64,000 nucleotides of DNA from an uncultured Pelagibacteraceae bacterium (lineage in GTDB: Bacteria > Pseudomonadota > Alphaproteobacteria > Pelagibacterales > Pelagibacteraceae): positions 334-64,333 of the forward strand of contig CACCHS010000002.1 of NCBI GenBank assembly GCA_902545825.1, written 5' to 3'. Shown here one piece after another: positions 11,782 through 22,293 of the stretch. Positions within the stretch are counted from its first letter, which is position 1, and each line of letters opens with the position of its first letter. Under the pieces are notes generated by a model. That model was not told the origin of the DNA, made no database searches, and saw only the letters and a list, made by a program, of their open reading frames with translations. The position numbers and the translations under genes are program-made.

Positions 11782-12432
11782 TTGAAGAACAAATTTCTTT
11801 TTTCTGTTTTTGTATATTTTTTTATCTTAATTTTTCTAAGCCTTGGCGTTTGGCAAATTTTAAGACTAAATTGGAAATTAAATTTAATCTCTGAAATTGA
11901 GGAAAATATTAACTCTAAACCAGTTTTTTTTTCAGGAAATAGTCCACATAATTTTAAAAAAATCCAGTTTGAGGCAAATTTTGAGAATTCAAAATTAATT
12001 TATTTATATAGTCTTAATGAAAAAGGAGAACCTGGCTTCGATATTGTAAATACAATTAGCATAGAAAATAGTTATTATCTTTTAAATAGAGGATGGATAC
12101 CAAGAGATTTAAAAAATAAAAATTTTGAAATATCAAGTACAAATTTTCAAGGTATTTTAAAAAAAAAATCAAACAAAAATTATTTTAAACCAAAAAATGA
12201 TATACTAAATAATTATTGGTTCACACTAAATGATAGTGATCTTTTCGAGTATACTGGAAGAAAATTTTCAAATTTTATAATTTATGAAACGAACAGTAGA
12301 TTAAATTTTCCAAATCCAAAAAAGATTACTGCAAATATTTCAAATAATCATTTAAAATACTCGCTCACATGGTTTTCATTAGCGATTTCAATTTTTTTAA
12401 TATATTTATATTTTAGAAAAAAAAATTACTAA
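11782..12432 (+). CDS. surf1: SURF1 family oxidase assembly protein
   Basis: LGVWQILRLNWK, LNRGWIP, NNHLKYSLTWF; TTG start. Confidence 0.92.
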   Translation: MKNKFLFSVFVYFFILIFLSLGVWQILRLNWKLNLISEIEENINSKPVFFSGNSPHNFKKIQFEANFENSKLIYLYSLNEKGEPGFDIVNTISIENSYYLLNRGWIPRDLKNKNFEISSTNFQGILKKKSNKNYFKPKNDILNNYWFTLNDSDLFEYTGRKFSNFIIYETNSRLNFPNPKKITANISNNHLKYSLTWFSLAISIFLIYLYFRKKNY

Positions 12433-13805
12433 TGGAATATATTAGCACACGAAATAATCAAAAAATTTTTACTTTTAAGGACATTTTTTTAAAAGGTTTG
12501 GCAGATGATGGAGGTCTATTTATTCCAAAATTAGTAAAATCATTTAGCAAAGAGGAAATAAACAATCTTATAAATCTTAGCTACAATGATTTGGCTGCAG
12601 AAATAATTAATCCATTTATCGGAGATTTTATGTCTAAAGATGATTTAATTTCTCTAATATCGAAATCATACTCAAATTTCAGAACTAAAAATGTTGTTAA
12701 CATAAATAAATTAGGAAATTTAAAAGTTTTAGAACTTTTCCACGGCCCAACACTTGCTTTCAAAGATATTGCAATGCAACTGATAGGTAATTTTTATGAG
12801 CATCATTTAAATTTTGAGCAAAAAAAAATTAATATTGTGGTGGCAACTTCAGGCGATACCGGTGCAGCTGCAATAGACGCCTTAAAAGGAAAAAAAAATT
12901 TGAATGTTTTTGTATTACATCCAAATAATAGAATTTCTCCTGTACAGAGAAAATTAATGACAACTTGCGAAGCGAGTAATGTATTTAATATTGCAATACA
13001 GGGAAACTTTGATGATTGTCAAAATTTAGTAAAAGCAATGTTCAATGATGAAAAGTTTTCTAAATCAATTAACATGTCAGGTGTAAACTCAATTAATTGG
13101 GCAAGAATTATTGCTCAAGCTGTCTATTATTTTTATGCTTACTTTAAGGTTGGAAATGGTCAGCCTTTATCTTTTTCTGTTCCAACTGGAAATTTTGGAG
13201 ATATCTATGCTGGTTACTTAGCAAAAAAACTTGGTCTTCCAATTGACAAACTGATCGTTGCTACAAATAAAAATGACATACTACATAGAGCAATATCTGG
13301 AGGCGATTATTCTCAAAAGAAAGTTATGGAAACAAATACACCAAGTATGGATATTCAGATAGCAAGTAATTTTGAGAGGCTCTTATTTGATGTAAAAGAT
13401 TGTAACTCAGAAGTTACAAAAGATTTAATGAGTAAAATTAAAAACAATACTTATAAAATTGATATTGAAGATTTAGGAAAAATACAAAAGAATTTTATAT
13501 CTGAGATGCTTGATGAAAATGAAACTATTGAAATGATAAAAAAAATTAATGATGAACATCAAACGGTCGTTGATCCACATACTGCGGTAGGGATAGGTGC
13601 TGTAAAAAAATTAGGAATAGAAAAAAATTGTGTTGTATTATCAACTGCTCACCCGTGTAAATTTCCAAAAGCAATAGAGGATGCAATTTCTAAGACTGAA
13701 AATTTACCAAATAGTCTGAAATACGTTAATGAGAGAAAAGAAAAATTTGAACTTCTTTCAAATGATATTCAAAAAGTCAAAAAATATATAGTGAATTCGA
13801 TATGA
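12432..13805 (+). CDS. thrC: Threonine synthase
   Basis: YISTR, ELFHGPTLAFKD (PLP Lys), ATSGDTG, NSINWAR, VPTGNFG. Confidence 0.97.
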   Translation: MEYISTRNNQKIFTFKDIFLKGLADDGGLFIPKLVKSFSKEEINNLINLSYNDLAAEIINPFIGDFMSKDDLISLISKSYSNFRTKNVVNINKLGNLKVLELFHGPTLAFKDIAMQLIGNFYEHHLNFEQKKINIVVATSGDTGAAAIDALKGKKNLNVFVLHPNNRISPVQRKLMTTCEASNVFNIAIQGNFDDCQNLVKAMFNDEKFSKSINMSGVNSINWARIIAQAVYYFYAYFKVGNGQPLSFSVPTGNFGDIYAGYLAKKLGLPIDKLIVATNKNDILHRAISGGDYSQKKVMETNTPSMDIQIASNFERLLFDVKDCNSEVTKDLMSKIKNNTYKIDIEDLGKIQKNFISEMLDENETIEMIKKINDEHQTVVDPHTAVGIGAVKKLGIEKNCVVLSTAHPCKFPKAIEDAISKTENLPNSLKYVNERKEKFELLSNDIQKVKKYIVNSI

Positions 13806-14287
13806 AACTAAAAATAAAAGATCGAATACCAAATACGGAGATTTTTCAACTCATTGATGGAGAGCCTCAAAAAAGTAAAATAAGAGAAATTATAGGTAAT
13901 GAAAAAATTGTTTTATTTGGTTTACCTGGCGCATTCACATCAACTTGCTCCAAACTTCATCTTCCAGGTTTTGTAGCTAATGCAGATAAAATCAAAGCAA
14001 AAGGAATAGAAAATATATTTTGTTTGTCAGTAAATGATCCATATGTAATGAGCGGCTGGGGAGAAATTAATAATACTGGAGATAAAATAAAAATGTTATC
14101 AGACCCATATTTATTATTCACAAAAGCAATTGGTGCTGAAGTTGATAGAAATTCAAAAGGAATGGGTATCAGATCAAATCGTTATTTAATGGTTATAGAG
14201 AATTTCACAGTAATTAATATTTATGTTGAAAAAGAAACCAAAGAATGTGGTTTAACTTCAGCAGGAAGTTTATTAGATAACTTGTAA
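13802..14287 (+). CDS. Peroxiredoxin (Prx5 type)
   Basis: PGAFTSTC (PxxxTxxC), HLPGF, SVNDPYVM, GMGIRSNRY. Confidence 0.93.
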   Translation: MKLKIKDRIPNTEIFQLIDGEPQKSKIREIIGNEKIVLFGLPGAFTSTCSKLHLPGFVANADKIKAKGIENIFCLSVNDPYVMSGWGEINNTGDKIKMLSDPYLLFTKAIGAEVDRNSKGMGIRSNRYLMVIENFTVINIYVEKETKECGLTSAGSLLDNL

Positions 14288-14319
14288 TGTTAAAATAAAA
14301 AAACTTTAAAAAGCTCTTA

Positions 14320-14748
14320 TCAAAGTTCCGAATTTGCAGCATTCCTAGCAAGTAAATCCACTTCATTATTTAATTCATCTAAAGAATGTGCCTTCACCCA
14401 ATTCCAATTAATTTCAAATTGATTATTTAAATTGTCTAATTCTGCCCAAAGTTCTTTATTTCTAACTTCTTTTTTGTTCGCAGTTTTCCATCCATTTTTT
14501 TTCCAATTATGTATCCATTCTGTTATTCCAGACTTTACGTATTTAGAGTCTGTAAAAATTTGAACATTACTACCCTTTGGAATTTTTTTTAAAGCTTCAA
14601 TTGGAGCAATTAGCTCCATTTGATTATTTGTAGTATTTTTTTTACTTCCTTTTATGAAAGTTTTTTTTCCATCAACAATAATTATTGCTGCCCATCCACC
14701 ATTTCCTGGATTAATTAAACATGAACCGTCTGTATATATTTTAATCAT
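14320..14748 (-). CDS. rnhA: Ribonuclease HI
   Basis: IYTDGSC, TTNNQMEL, TDSKYV, WVKAH, NEVD. Confidence 0.97.
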   Translation of the reverse strand: MIKIYTDGSCLINPGNGGWAAIIIVDGKKTFIKGSKKNTTNNQMELIAPIEALKKIPKGSNVQIFTDSKYVKSGITEWIHNWKKNGWKTANKKEVRNKELWAELDNLNNQFEINWNWVKAHSLDELNNEVDLLARNAANSEL

Positions 14749-15715
14749 TATTTGTATAAGTTTTGTAAGAATTTATTCCACGATGAAAATTTAATTTTTG
14801 AATATATTCTTTTGGATCTTTTATTTTTATAATAGCATTTCTTGGTGTATTTAAATAATCATAAGCTCTAGTTAAAAGATATCTTAAAGCTGATCCTTTA
14901 CACATTGTATTAAAATTTTTTTTTTCAATATTTTTTAATTTTCTAATACTTTCATAACCTTTAAGAAGATTTGAGGACTTTCTCTTATTTAGAACATATT
15001 TACTATTTTTTTTTTCAAAACATAGAGCATTAACACATGTAGCAAGCTCATATGATAAATAGTCATTGCATGAGAAATAAAAATCAATAAAACCATGAAA
15101 TTTTTTTTTATGAAAAATAATATTATCTACAAATAAATCTGAATGTATAATTCCTTTTGGTAAGTTTCTAGGCCAAGTTTTTTTAATCTGAATTAATTCA
15201 TTTTTCATAAGACTTTTTAAGTTCTTTGATATTTTATTTATTTTAATATTTATTTTTGATAACAAATTTGGCCAAGATGAAATAGATAAAGAATTTCTTC
15301 GATAAAGATTTATTTTTTTTGATGCTAAATGAAGTTTGGCTACATTTTTGCCTACCACAAAACAATCGTTATAATTTAATTCCTTTTTATCTTTGCCTTC
15401 AAGGAAAGAAACAATACATGCATTCTTTTTTTTTATTTTAAAAATAAATTTTCCATTTTTACCTTTGACTGGATTTGGACATTTCACTTTCAATTTTGAC
15501 AATTTCGACATTAAATTCATAAAATATGGGAGATCACGAGAATTTACTCTTTTCTCAAAGATTGTAAGTATATATTTTTTATTTTTTATAGTTATAAGAT
15601 AGTTTGTGTTTTCAATACCTTTTTTAATCCCTTTAAATTTTTTAATTTTTCCAAGATTAAATTGGTTTTCAATATTTAATATATCTAGATTTGTAACTTT
15701 AGTAAAAACCGCCAT
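14741..15715 (-). CDS. thrB: Homoserine kinase type II
   Basis: MAVFT, GIENTNY, GIIHSDLFVDN, IDFYF, LRYLLTR, KDPKEY; conserved ispH-thrB-rnhA order. Confidence 0.93.
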   Translation of the reverse strand: MAVFTKVTNLDILNIENQFNLGKIKKFKGIKKGIENTNYLITIKNKKYILTIFEKRVNSRDLPYFMNLMSKLSKLKVKCPNPVKGKNGKFIFKIKKKNACIVSFLEGKDKKELNYNDCFVVGKNVAKLHLASKKINLYRRNSLSISSWPNLLSKINIKINKISKNLKSLMKNELIQIKKTWPRNLPKGIIHSDLFVDNIIFHKKKFHGFIDFYFSCNDYLSYELATCVNALCFEKKNSKYVLNKRKSSNLLKGYESIRKLKNIEKKNFNTMCKGSALRYLLTRAYDYLNTPRNAIIKIKDPKEYIQKLNFHRGINSYKTYTNND

Positions 15716-16659
15716 TAATTTAATCTTCCGGGAATTTTAAAAGTTATATCTTCTTTTATAATTTCTACTTCTTCGATATTGACACTAAATTGTTCTTTTA
15801 ATTTTTTAATAAAATTTTCAACTAAAATTTCAGGGGCAGATGCACCCGATGAAATTCCTATTGTTTTGCATTTTGTTATTTTTTCTAAAGGTATGCTACT
15901 TTCAGAGTGAATTAAAACTGCCTCAGAACACCCAGAATTATTTGCAACCTCAACTAATCTTAATGAATTTGATGAGTTTCTACTACCAATTACAAAAAAC
16001 ATATCACAGAGTTTTGCAATTTTTTTTACTGCAGCTTGTCTATTAGTTGTTGCGTAACAAATATCCTCTTTTTTTGGTTCTTTAATGTTTGAAAATTTTT
16101 CTTTAAGAGCATTAATTATATCTTTTGTGTCATCTACTGACAAAGTAGTTTGTGTAACATAAGCTAACTTTCCATTTCCTTTGATTTCAAATTTATTAAC
16201 ATCTTCAATATTTTCTATTAAATCTATTGATCCATTTGGAATTTGACCCATTGTGCCAATCACTTCTGGATGATTTTTATGGCCGATTAACAATACATGA
16301 AATCCACTTTTATTTAAATTTTCAGCCTCTCTGTGAACCTTAGAAACTAATGGACATGTTGCATCAATATAATCCATTTTTAATTCTTTTGCCTCCGCAG
16401 GAACAACTTTTGGAACTCCGTGTGCTGAAAAAATAACTGGTCTTGTTTTATCCTTTATTTCGTTTAATTCCTCTACGAAAACTGCACCAATCTTTTTTAA
16501 ACTTTCAACGACATGTTTATTATGAACTATTTCATGTCTTACATAAACTGGAGCTCCATATTTTTTTATACTTTTTTTTACTATCTCAATCGCACGATCT
16601 ACTCCTGCGCAAAAACCTCTTGGAGCTGCTAATAAAATTTTTATTTCTTTATTTTTCAT
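15715..16659 (-). CDS. ispH: 4-hydroxy-3-methylbut-2-enyl diphosphate reductase
   Basis: PRGFCAGV, DATCPLV, ICYATTNRQ, SSNS, SGASAPE; ATG 16659 preferred over TTG 16668. Confidence 0.98.
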   Translation of the reverse strand: MKNKEIKILLAAPRGFCAGVDRAIEIVKKSIKKYGAPVYVRHEIVHNKHVVESLKKIGAVFVEELNEIKDKTRPVIFSAHGVPKVVPAEAKELKMDYIDATCPLVSKVHREAENLNKSGFHVLLIGHKNHPEVIGTMGQIPNGSIDLIENIEDVNKFEIKGNGKLAYVTQTTLSVDDTKDIINALKEKFSNIKEPKKEDICYATTNRQAAVKKIAKLCDMFFVIGSRNSSNSLRLVEVANNSGCSEAVLIHSESSIPLEKITKCKTIGISSGASAPEILVENFIKKLKEQFSVNIEEVEIIKEDITFKIPGRLN

Positions 16660-17563
16660 TTTTTTCAATTAAATATTCGAGCAATATATGCGGAAAGGTC
16701 AAGGACGCCAAACCAATAAATATTACTTTTAATATTGCTTCATCTAAAACATAATAATTAGTTAAAAAAAAAATAGCGATAATAAATAATATTGCAGTAA
16801 TAACAGTTAGGGGCACTGCTTTTTTTATAAATTTCACAACTCCATTTTTAAAGTTTTTTTTATCAATTTCATAAATTAATGAAAAAGAGTGCCTTACTGA
16901 GTGCAAGAAACAGAAGTATAAAGTAAAAGCAACAAGTGGAGATAAAAATATATTAAGTAATAAAATAGTTAACCAATCTGCTAATAAAAAACTATTATAG
17001 TTTAATTGACTCATTAAAATTATATTCGCAGAGAAACTAATTATAAGAAAAAAAATTATTAAATTTTCATTAGTAGTTATAATATCCACATCAAGAGATT
17101 GAAAAATCTTTAGTGTCTCTTCTTGGTGAAAAAATAAAGGAGCAACTACTATTAAAGATCCTTTAAACAAATATAAAATATTCTTAAATCCGCTGTTATT
17201 AATAAGTCCGACTGAACTATCTTCTTTACCAAAATGATATGATGCAACTAATAAAAATATAATCAAAGTGAATAAAGGTAGTATTGTCCAACAAAAAATA
17301 ACTAACAGAGAAAGAAAAATATATACTAAATAAAAATAAAAATTATTTTTTACTTTATAAATTTTCATTAGCTGGGAGCCTTTGACATAGTCTAGGGCAC
17401 CATGAGAAACTCCAATAATAGATATTAAAAAAAAGCAAATAACAGTTTGATAAGGTATTGTAATATTTTTTATTTCTAAAAACTTTGAAACTGAGAATAT
17501 GATGAATATGTTGAAGAAAAAAATAATGATAGAATATTGTCTGTTAAGTTTTAATAAATTCAT
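16649..17563 (-). CDS. blh: Beta-carotene 15,15'-dioxygenase, Brp/Blh family (retinal synthesis)
   Basis: Four His motifs GVSHGALD, YHFG, HSVRH, LTFPH in a polytopic membrane protein; follows crtIBY. Confidence 0.95.
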   Translation of the reverse strand: MNLLKLNRQYSIIIFFFNIFIIFSVSKFLEIKNITIPYQTVICFFLISIIGVSHGALDYVKGSQLMKIYKVKNNFYFYLVYIFLSLLVIFCWTILPLFTLIIFLLVASYHFGKEDSSVGLINNSGFKNILYLFKGSLIVVAPLFFHQEETLKIFQSLDVDIITTNENLIIFFLIISFSANIILMSQLNYNSFLLADWLTILLLNIFLSPLVAFTLYFCFLHSVRHSFSLIYEIDKKNFKNGVVKFIKKAVPLTVITAILFIIAIFFLTNYYVLDEAILKVIFIGLASLTFPHILLEYLIEKNEK

Positions 17564-18631
17564 TTAGTAGAATAACGCTTTTATAAAAGTTGATTTTGGC
17601 ATTTTTAAAATAATTGATATGTCCTCAATAAAATTACTTTTATTGGATAAAAATTTTATCACAGTATTAGCTTTAACTTTAAACATATCACAAAATATCT
17701 TTGGCATTATTTTGGGATTTCTCTCTAAAACTTTTAAAAAAACCTGATCTAAAAATTTGTATTTACTTTGAATTTTAAAACTTTTAAGTTTTTTTAAATT
17801 ATCAAAGTTTTCTCTTATATACTTACTATGCTCTTGTATATTAAGGAATGTATAGCCAGTGCTTAATCGTGTCATACCACCGGCAGTACCGATATTAATT
17901 TTATTTTTTTCATTTATGTTTTTTGGTGTAAATAATGGAATTGCACCTTGTTCTTTAAAAATAATATCATAATTTTTTATTTTTAAATTTTGCTCTATAT
18001 ATTCTCTAATTTGTTCGTCATAATCCATGATTGTGTCGTCAGTCATATTTGATAGCCAAGTAGTCTCTATAAGTGCTTTATTTTTTTCAAATGGAAGTGT
18101 ATAGAAGAAATGTACACTATCTCTTTGATCGCAGTTAAAATCCATAAGATTAATAATCTTATTATCAAAAATATCATTTTTTGTTTGTATCTCTACACCA
18201 CAAAAATGTTGCCAAAGATTTTCTATATTTTTATTAATTGTTGGAACACTATTAAAAATAAAAGAGTTGTTTATATTTATTTCCTTAATATCTTTAAAAA
18301 AACCTATATTTTTATTTTTTTTTAATTCATTAATGATTTTAGAGTAAAATAAACCACTATCTATACTTTGATACGGAAAATGATTACATTGCAAATGTTG
18401 TGTTTCGTATTTGGAATTTATGGTAAAATTGTCCCAACTCTTTTTAACACAATCGTCAAAATTATGATCTATAACTTTCCAAAAAGACCAAGTTTTATCC
18501 CTCTTATATTCCTCTCTTGGTTCAATAATTGCCAATGTCCTATTTTCAAATTTTTTATATAAATTGAGCTCATAGGCTAAAGATAAACCGGCACAACCCC
18601 CACCAATTATTATGTAATCAAAATCTTTCAT
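17564..18631 (-). CDS. crtY: Lycopene beta-cyclase
   Basis: IIGGGCAGLSLA, DKTWSFW, LMDF, FFYTLPF, EQGAIP, GTAGG..STGY. Confidence 0.88.
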   Translation of the reverse strand: MKDFDYIIIGGGCAGLSLAYELNLYKKFENRTLAIIEPREEYKRDKTWSFWKVIDHNFDDCVKKSWDNFTINSKYETQHLQCNHFPYQSIDSGLFYSKIINELKKNKNIGFFKDIKEININNSFIFNSVPTINKNIENLWQHFCGVEIQTKNDIFDNKIINLMDFNCDQRDSVHFFYTLPFEKNKALIETTWLSNMTDDTIMDYDEQIREYIEQNLKIKNYDIIFKEQGAIPLFTPKNINEKNKINIGTAGGMTRLSTGYTFLNIQEHSKYIRENFDNLKKLKSFKIQSKYKFLDQVFLKVLERNPKIMPKIFCDMFKVKANTVIKFLSNKSNFIEDISIILKMPKSTFIKALFY

Positions 18632-19466
18632 CTAAATTTATTTTATCATTAATTATATTATGTTCATTTTTTCGTAAATGCTCGTCTGATTTAATAAATA
18701 GTAGTCTTATAAAGTCTAAAATACTCAAAATAGTTTGATTTAGTTTACCTAAATTAGATACATAAATTTTTCCTGAATTTTTATAATTTTCTATATTTTT
18801 CCTTTTAAGAATTTCATTTCCTATCTGCCTATATACTCTTCTTGCAACAATAATTGCAAATCTACAATTCAATGGAATTTTATTTATAGATTTAAATGAA
18901 CTTTCATAAAAAATATCAGCGAGTTTTAATGTTTCTCTAATATTATCAAAATCGAGGTTTATATACTCTCTGTTTCGATTGCCATCTTCAATTACATCTC
19001 GTGCAATATTTGTTAGCTGCATTGCAATACCTAGATCTATTGCTGATCTAAGTGAATCCTTTGATTTAACATTTAGTATTTTAGCCATCATTAGACCTAC
19101 AGTGCCCGCAACTTGATATGAATATATAATTAATTCATTATTTGTTTTTAATTTTACGCTATCTTTTAAATCTGACTCAACTCCATCAAATAAATCTAAT
19201 ATTATTTTACTGGAAATATTAAAATTATTACTCAGTTCATAAATTTTATTAATATTTTTATTGTTTAAATTTTTATTAATAAAATCTTGTTTAAAATCAT
19301 TGAATAATTTTCTTTTTATTTGTAAATCTTGGTTTTTGTCAGCTATATCGTCTAAGGTTCTACAAAAATCATATAAATCAGAGCATTGTCTATAAGTTTT
19401 TTTAGGTAAAAAAAAACCAGCCCAATTAAACGATTTTGCATAAATTGATAATAGATTTTGGGACAT
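18618..19466 (-). CDS. crtB: Phytoene synthase
   Basis: AKSF, YDFCRTLDDIAD, YSYQVAGTVG, LGIAMQLTNIARDVIED. Confidence 0.95.
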   Translation of the reverse strand: MSQNLLSIYAKSFNWAGFFLPKKTYRQCSDLYDFCRTLDDIADKNQDLQIKRKLFNDFKQDFINKNLNNKNINKIYELSNNFNISSKIILDLFDGVESDLKDSVKLKTNNELIIYSYQVAGTVGLMMAKILNVKSKDSLRSAIDLGIAMQLTNIARDVIEDGNRNREYINLDFDNIRETLKLADIFYESSFKSINKIPLNCRFAIIVARRVYRQIGNEILKRKNIENYKNSGKIYVSNLGKLNQTILSILDFIRLLFIKSDEHLRKNEHNIINDKINLDERF

Positions 19467-20926
19467 CAGAGAATTTTGTCTAAAACTTTAGCCGAAGATA
19501 GAACTCCTGGCACACCAGCTCCTGGATGGGTTCCCGCTCCAACAAAATAAAGTCCATCATATATCTCAGATTTATTATGAAATCTAAAATAAGCTGATTG
19601 TGAAAATTTTGGCTGAATTGAAAAACCTGAGCCATATTTAGTATTAAGATCATTCTCAAAGTAATCAGGTGTCAAATAAAAATCTTCAACAATGTTCTTC
19701 TTTAAGTTTGGCATTAAATCTTTTTCCATTTTATTAATTACTAAATTTTTCATTTTCTCACCCTCTGTAGACCAATTAATTTTTGACTGGTTATTAGGCA
19801 CTGGGACCAAGACGTAAAAACAATCTTTTCCACTAGGGGCCATAGATTTATCTGACGCAGACGGTCTATGAAGATAATAACTAATATCATCATTCAATTT
19901 TTTATTTTCAAATATATCATCAAGATGCTCTTTATATTTATTACCGAATTTTATTGTATGATGTTCTATGTTTTCATATTTTATTTTTGTTCCAAAATAG
20001 TAAACAAAGAGACCCATTGAATATTCCATTCTTCTTTTTTTCCATCGAAATAAAATAGACTTATTGGCATTTCCATTTAACATATTTTCGTAAACTGCTG
20101 GCGGGTCAGCGTTGCATATAACGTTATCTGCTTTGATATTAGTTTTATCATCTAACTCTATACCGGTTATTTTATTACCGGTTGAAATAATTTTTTTAAC
20201 TTCGTGACCTTTAATTATTTGGATACCTACTTCAGTCATTAACTTTTCCAAACCCTTTACGATATTTCCAGTGCCACCCATAGAGTAATGTATTCCCCAT
20301 TTTTTTTCTAAATATAAAATTAATCCATAAATAGATGTTGTCGTGAAAGGATTTCCTCCAACTAAAAGAGGATGCATACTTAGCATTCTCCTCAATTTTT
20401 CATTTTTAATATACGAGGAGACTAGAGAATAAACTGATTTATAACTTTTAAGTTTTAGTAGAGCAGGTAGTTGCTTCATCATAACAAAAGGTTTATCAAA
20501 AGGTACATCAGCAAGTTCTGTAAATCCTTTATCAAAAATCTTTTTTGTAAAACTAACCAATTTTTCGTATCCCCTGACATCCTCTTTATTAATTTTCTCT
20601 ATTTGACTCTTCATTTCAGTTTCATTGCCTGAGTAATTAAATTTTGAATTGTCTTCAAAAACAAATTGATACCAAGTATTGAGAGGAGATAATTCAATAT
20701 ATTTTTTTGGGTCTTTTTTGAATAATTCAAATAATTCATTTATCAAATATGGAGCAGTAATTACAGTAGGGCCACCGTCGTAAGTAAATCCATTTCTTTT
20801 GAAAACCCTTGCTCTTCCTCCAAGATCTTGGTGTTTTTCAACCAAAGTTACTTTATGGCCTTTAGCTTTAAGGCGTAGAGCAGCAGCTAAACCACCAAAA
20901 CCAGAGCCAATTACAATTGAATTCAT
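19466..20926 (-). CDS. crtI: Phytoene desaturase
   Basis: VIGSGFGGLAAA, GGRA, DGGPTVIT, YFVGAGTHPGAGVPGVLSSA. Confidence 0.97.
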   Translation of the reverse strand: MNSIVIGSGFGGLAAALRLKAKGHKVTLVEKHQDLGGRARVFKRNGFTYDGGPTVITAPYLINELFELFKKDPKKYIELSPLNTWYQFVFEDNSKFNYSGNETEMKSQIEKINKEDVRGYEKLVSFTKKIFDKGFTELADVPFDKPFVMMKQLPALLKLKSYKSVYSLVSSYIKNEKLRRMLSMHPLLVGGNPFTTTSIYGLILYLEKKWGIHYSMGGTGNIVKGLEKLMTEVGIQIIKGHEVKKIISTGNKITGIELDDKTNIKADNVICNADPPAVYENMLNGNANKSILFRWKKRRMEYSMGLFVYYFGTKIKYENIEHHTIKFGNKYKEHLDDIFENKKLNDDISYYLHRPSASDKSMAPSGKDCFYVLVPVPNNQSKINWSTEGEKMKNLVINKMEKDLMPNLKKNIVEDFYLTPDYFENDLNTKYGSGFSIQPKFSQSAYFRFHNKSEIYDGLYFVGAGTHPGAGVPGVLSSAKVLDKIL

Positions 20927-20970
20927 TATTGTAATTTATATTATTTTTTAAAAAAGTAACGAAATTATCT

Positions 20971-21468
20971 TTAAGAATTAATTTTTTTTAGAAGTTCCTT
21001 GCTTTCCTTTAAATTTTTATCAAATAAATTGTCTAACTTGGACTGGTCAACAGAAGTTAAAAGAATTTTTTTTACTGAGTTTACAGCTATTTTTACTGAT
21101 GTATTTTTAATATCTTTTAAAGCTTGATTTTTCATTTGTGAGATCTTTGTTTGTGCTAAATTTTTTTTTATTTCAGCTGATTTATGAAATTTATCATTCA
21201 TTTCTAAAATTAAATTATCACTATCCTTTTTAGCTTGTTCTTGAATTTTTTTAGTTTCTATTTTTGCTTGATCAAGTTTGCTCTGAGCATTATTTAATAA
21301 TACCTTTGATTCGTTACGAAGTTTTTCACTCTCATCGATTTCATTCTTAATATCCAAAATCATTTTGCTTAAAGTCTCATTTATCTTATTTGGAACCTTT
21401 AAATAAACTAAAGCTAGAATGAAAATTATAAACGATACAGCTACCCAAAATGTTGCATCAATTGCCAT
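20971..21468 (-). CDS. atpF: F0F1 ATP synthase subunit b
   Basis: MAIDATFWVAVSF TM + coiled coil; start set at ATG 21468. Confidence 0.92.
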   Translation of the reverse strand: MAIDATFWVAVSFIIFILALVYLKVPNKINETLSKMILDIKNEIDESEKLRNESKVLLNNAQSKLDQAKIETKKIQEQAKKDSDNLILEMNDKFHKSAEIKKNLAQTKISQMKNQALKDIKNTSVKIAVNSVKKILLTSVDQSKLDNLFDKNLKESKELLKKINS

Positions 21469-22048
21469 AATACTTACCTTTATTTTTCTTACATAGATCA
21501 TCGACGATGGCAGATATGCTACTATTGTTCACCTCTTCACCAATTAATTGGCGAATGAGATCAGAAGATGTTTCGATTGCAATTTTCTGTATTTTTTCTG
21601 GAGCTTTATTTACTAATTCGGCAACTTCAGCCTCAGCTTTACTAATCTCGATATTTATTTCTTTATCTAATATCTGCTTTTTTTTTTCTATATCTTCAAT
21701 TATTTTTTTTCTTGCATCATTAAAATAATTTTTGGCTTCATTTTTACTTTTTCTTATTAGCTCATCATAGTTTTTTAATGTATTTTCTGCCTCAGTTTTC
21801 TGTTTTTCAGCAGTCTCAATATTATCAACTATCTCAGACTTTCTAAGCTCAATATTGTTTCTTATTTTTGGAAGAATAAATTTTGATAGTACTATAAGCA
21901 AAATTCCAAACGAAATGATCAACCAAAAAATTTGAGAAATCCAAAATTCAGGATTTAGCTGAGGCATACCTCCACTCTCAGCACTTTTAGAAATTTGAGT
22001 AAAAAAAGTGCTTAATAGTAAATTAAAAAAAATAATTTTTTTTAACAT
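21458..22048 (-). CDS. F0F1 ATP synthase subunit b'
   Basis: GGMPQLNPEFWISQIFWL motif of alphaproteobacterial b'. Confidence 0.92.
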   Translation of the reverse strand: MLKKIIFFNLLLSTFFTQISKSAESGGMPQLNPEFWISQIFWLIISFGILLIVLSKFILPKIRNNIELRKSEIVDNIETAEKQKTEAENTLKNYDELIRKSKNEAKNYFNDARKKIIEDIEKKKQILDKEINIEISKAEAEVAELVNKAPEKIQKIAIETSSDLIRQLIGEEVNNSSISAIVDDLCKKNKGKYYGN

Positions 22049-22051
22049 TAA

Positions 22052-22279
22052 TTAAAATGCAAATAAAATTATCAACGCAACTACTAATCCAAACAATCCT
22101 GTAGCTTCAGCTAATGCAAACCCTAAAAGTAAGTTAGGAAATTGCTTTTTAGCTGCAGATGGATTTCTCATAGCGCCTGATAGGTAATTACCAAAAATAA
22201 TTCCTATACCTACCCCTGCACCTGCAAGAGCTATGGCTGCCAATCCTGCGCCAATCATTTTTGCTGCTTCTAGTTCCAT
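22052..22279 (-). CDS. atpE: F0F1 ATP synthase subunit c
   Basis: GAGVGIG, RNP, ALAEATGLF; AGGAGG RBS. Confidence 0.98.
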   Translation of the reverse strand: MELEAAKMIGAGLAAIALAGAGVGIGIIFGNYLSGAMRNPSAAKKQFPNLLLGFALAEATGLFGLVVALIILFAF

Positions 22280-22293
22280 TATTCCTCCTATTG

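Noticed and set aside
16649-20926. Recent horizontal acquisition of the carotenoid/retinal genes
   Set aside because: Composition looks like the flanks, the cassette overlaps or sits close to core genes, and there are no mobility genes or flanking repeats.
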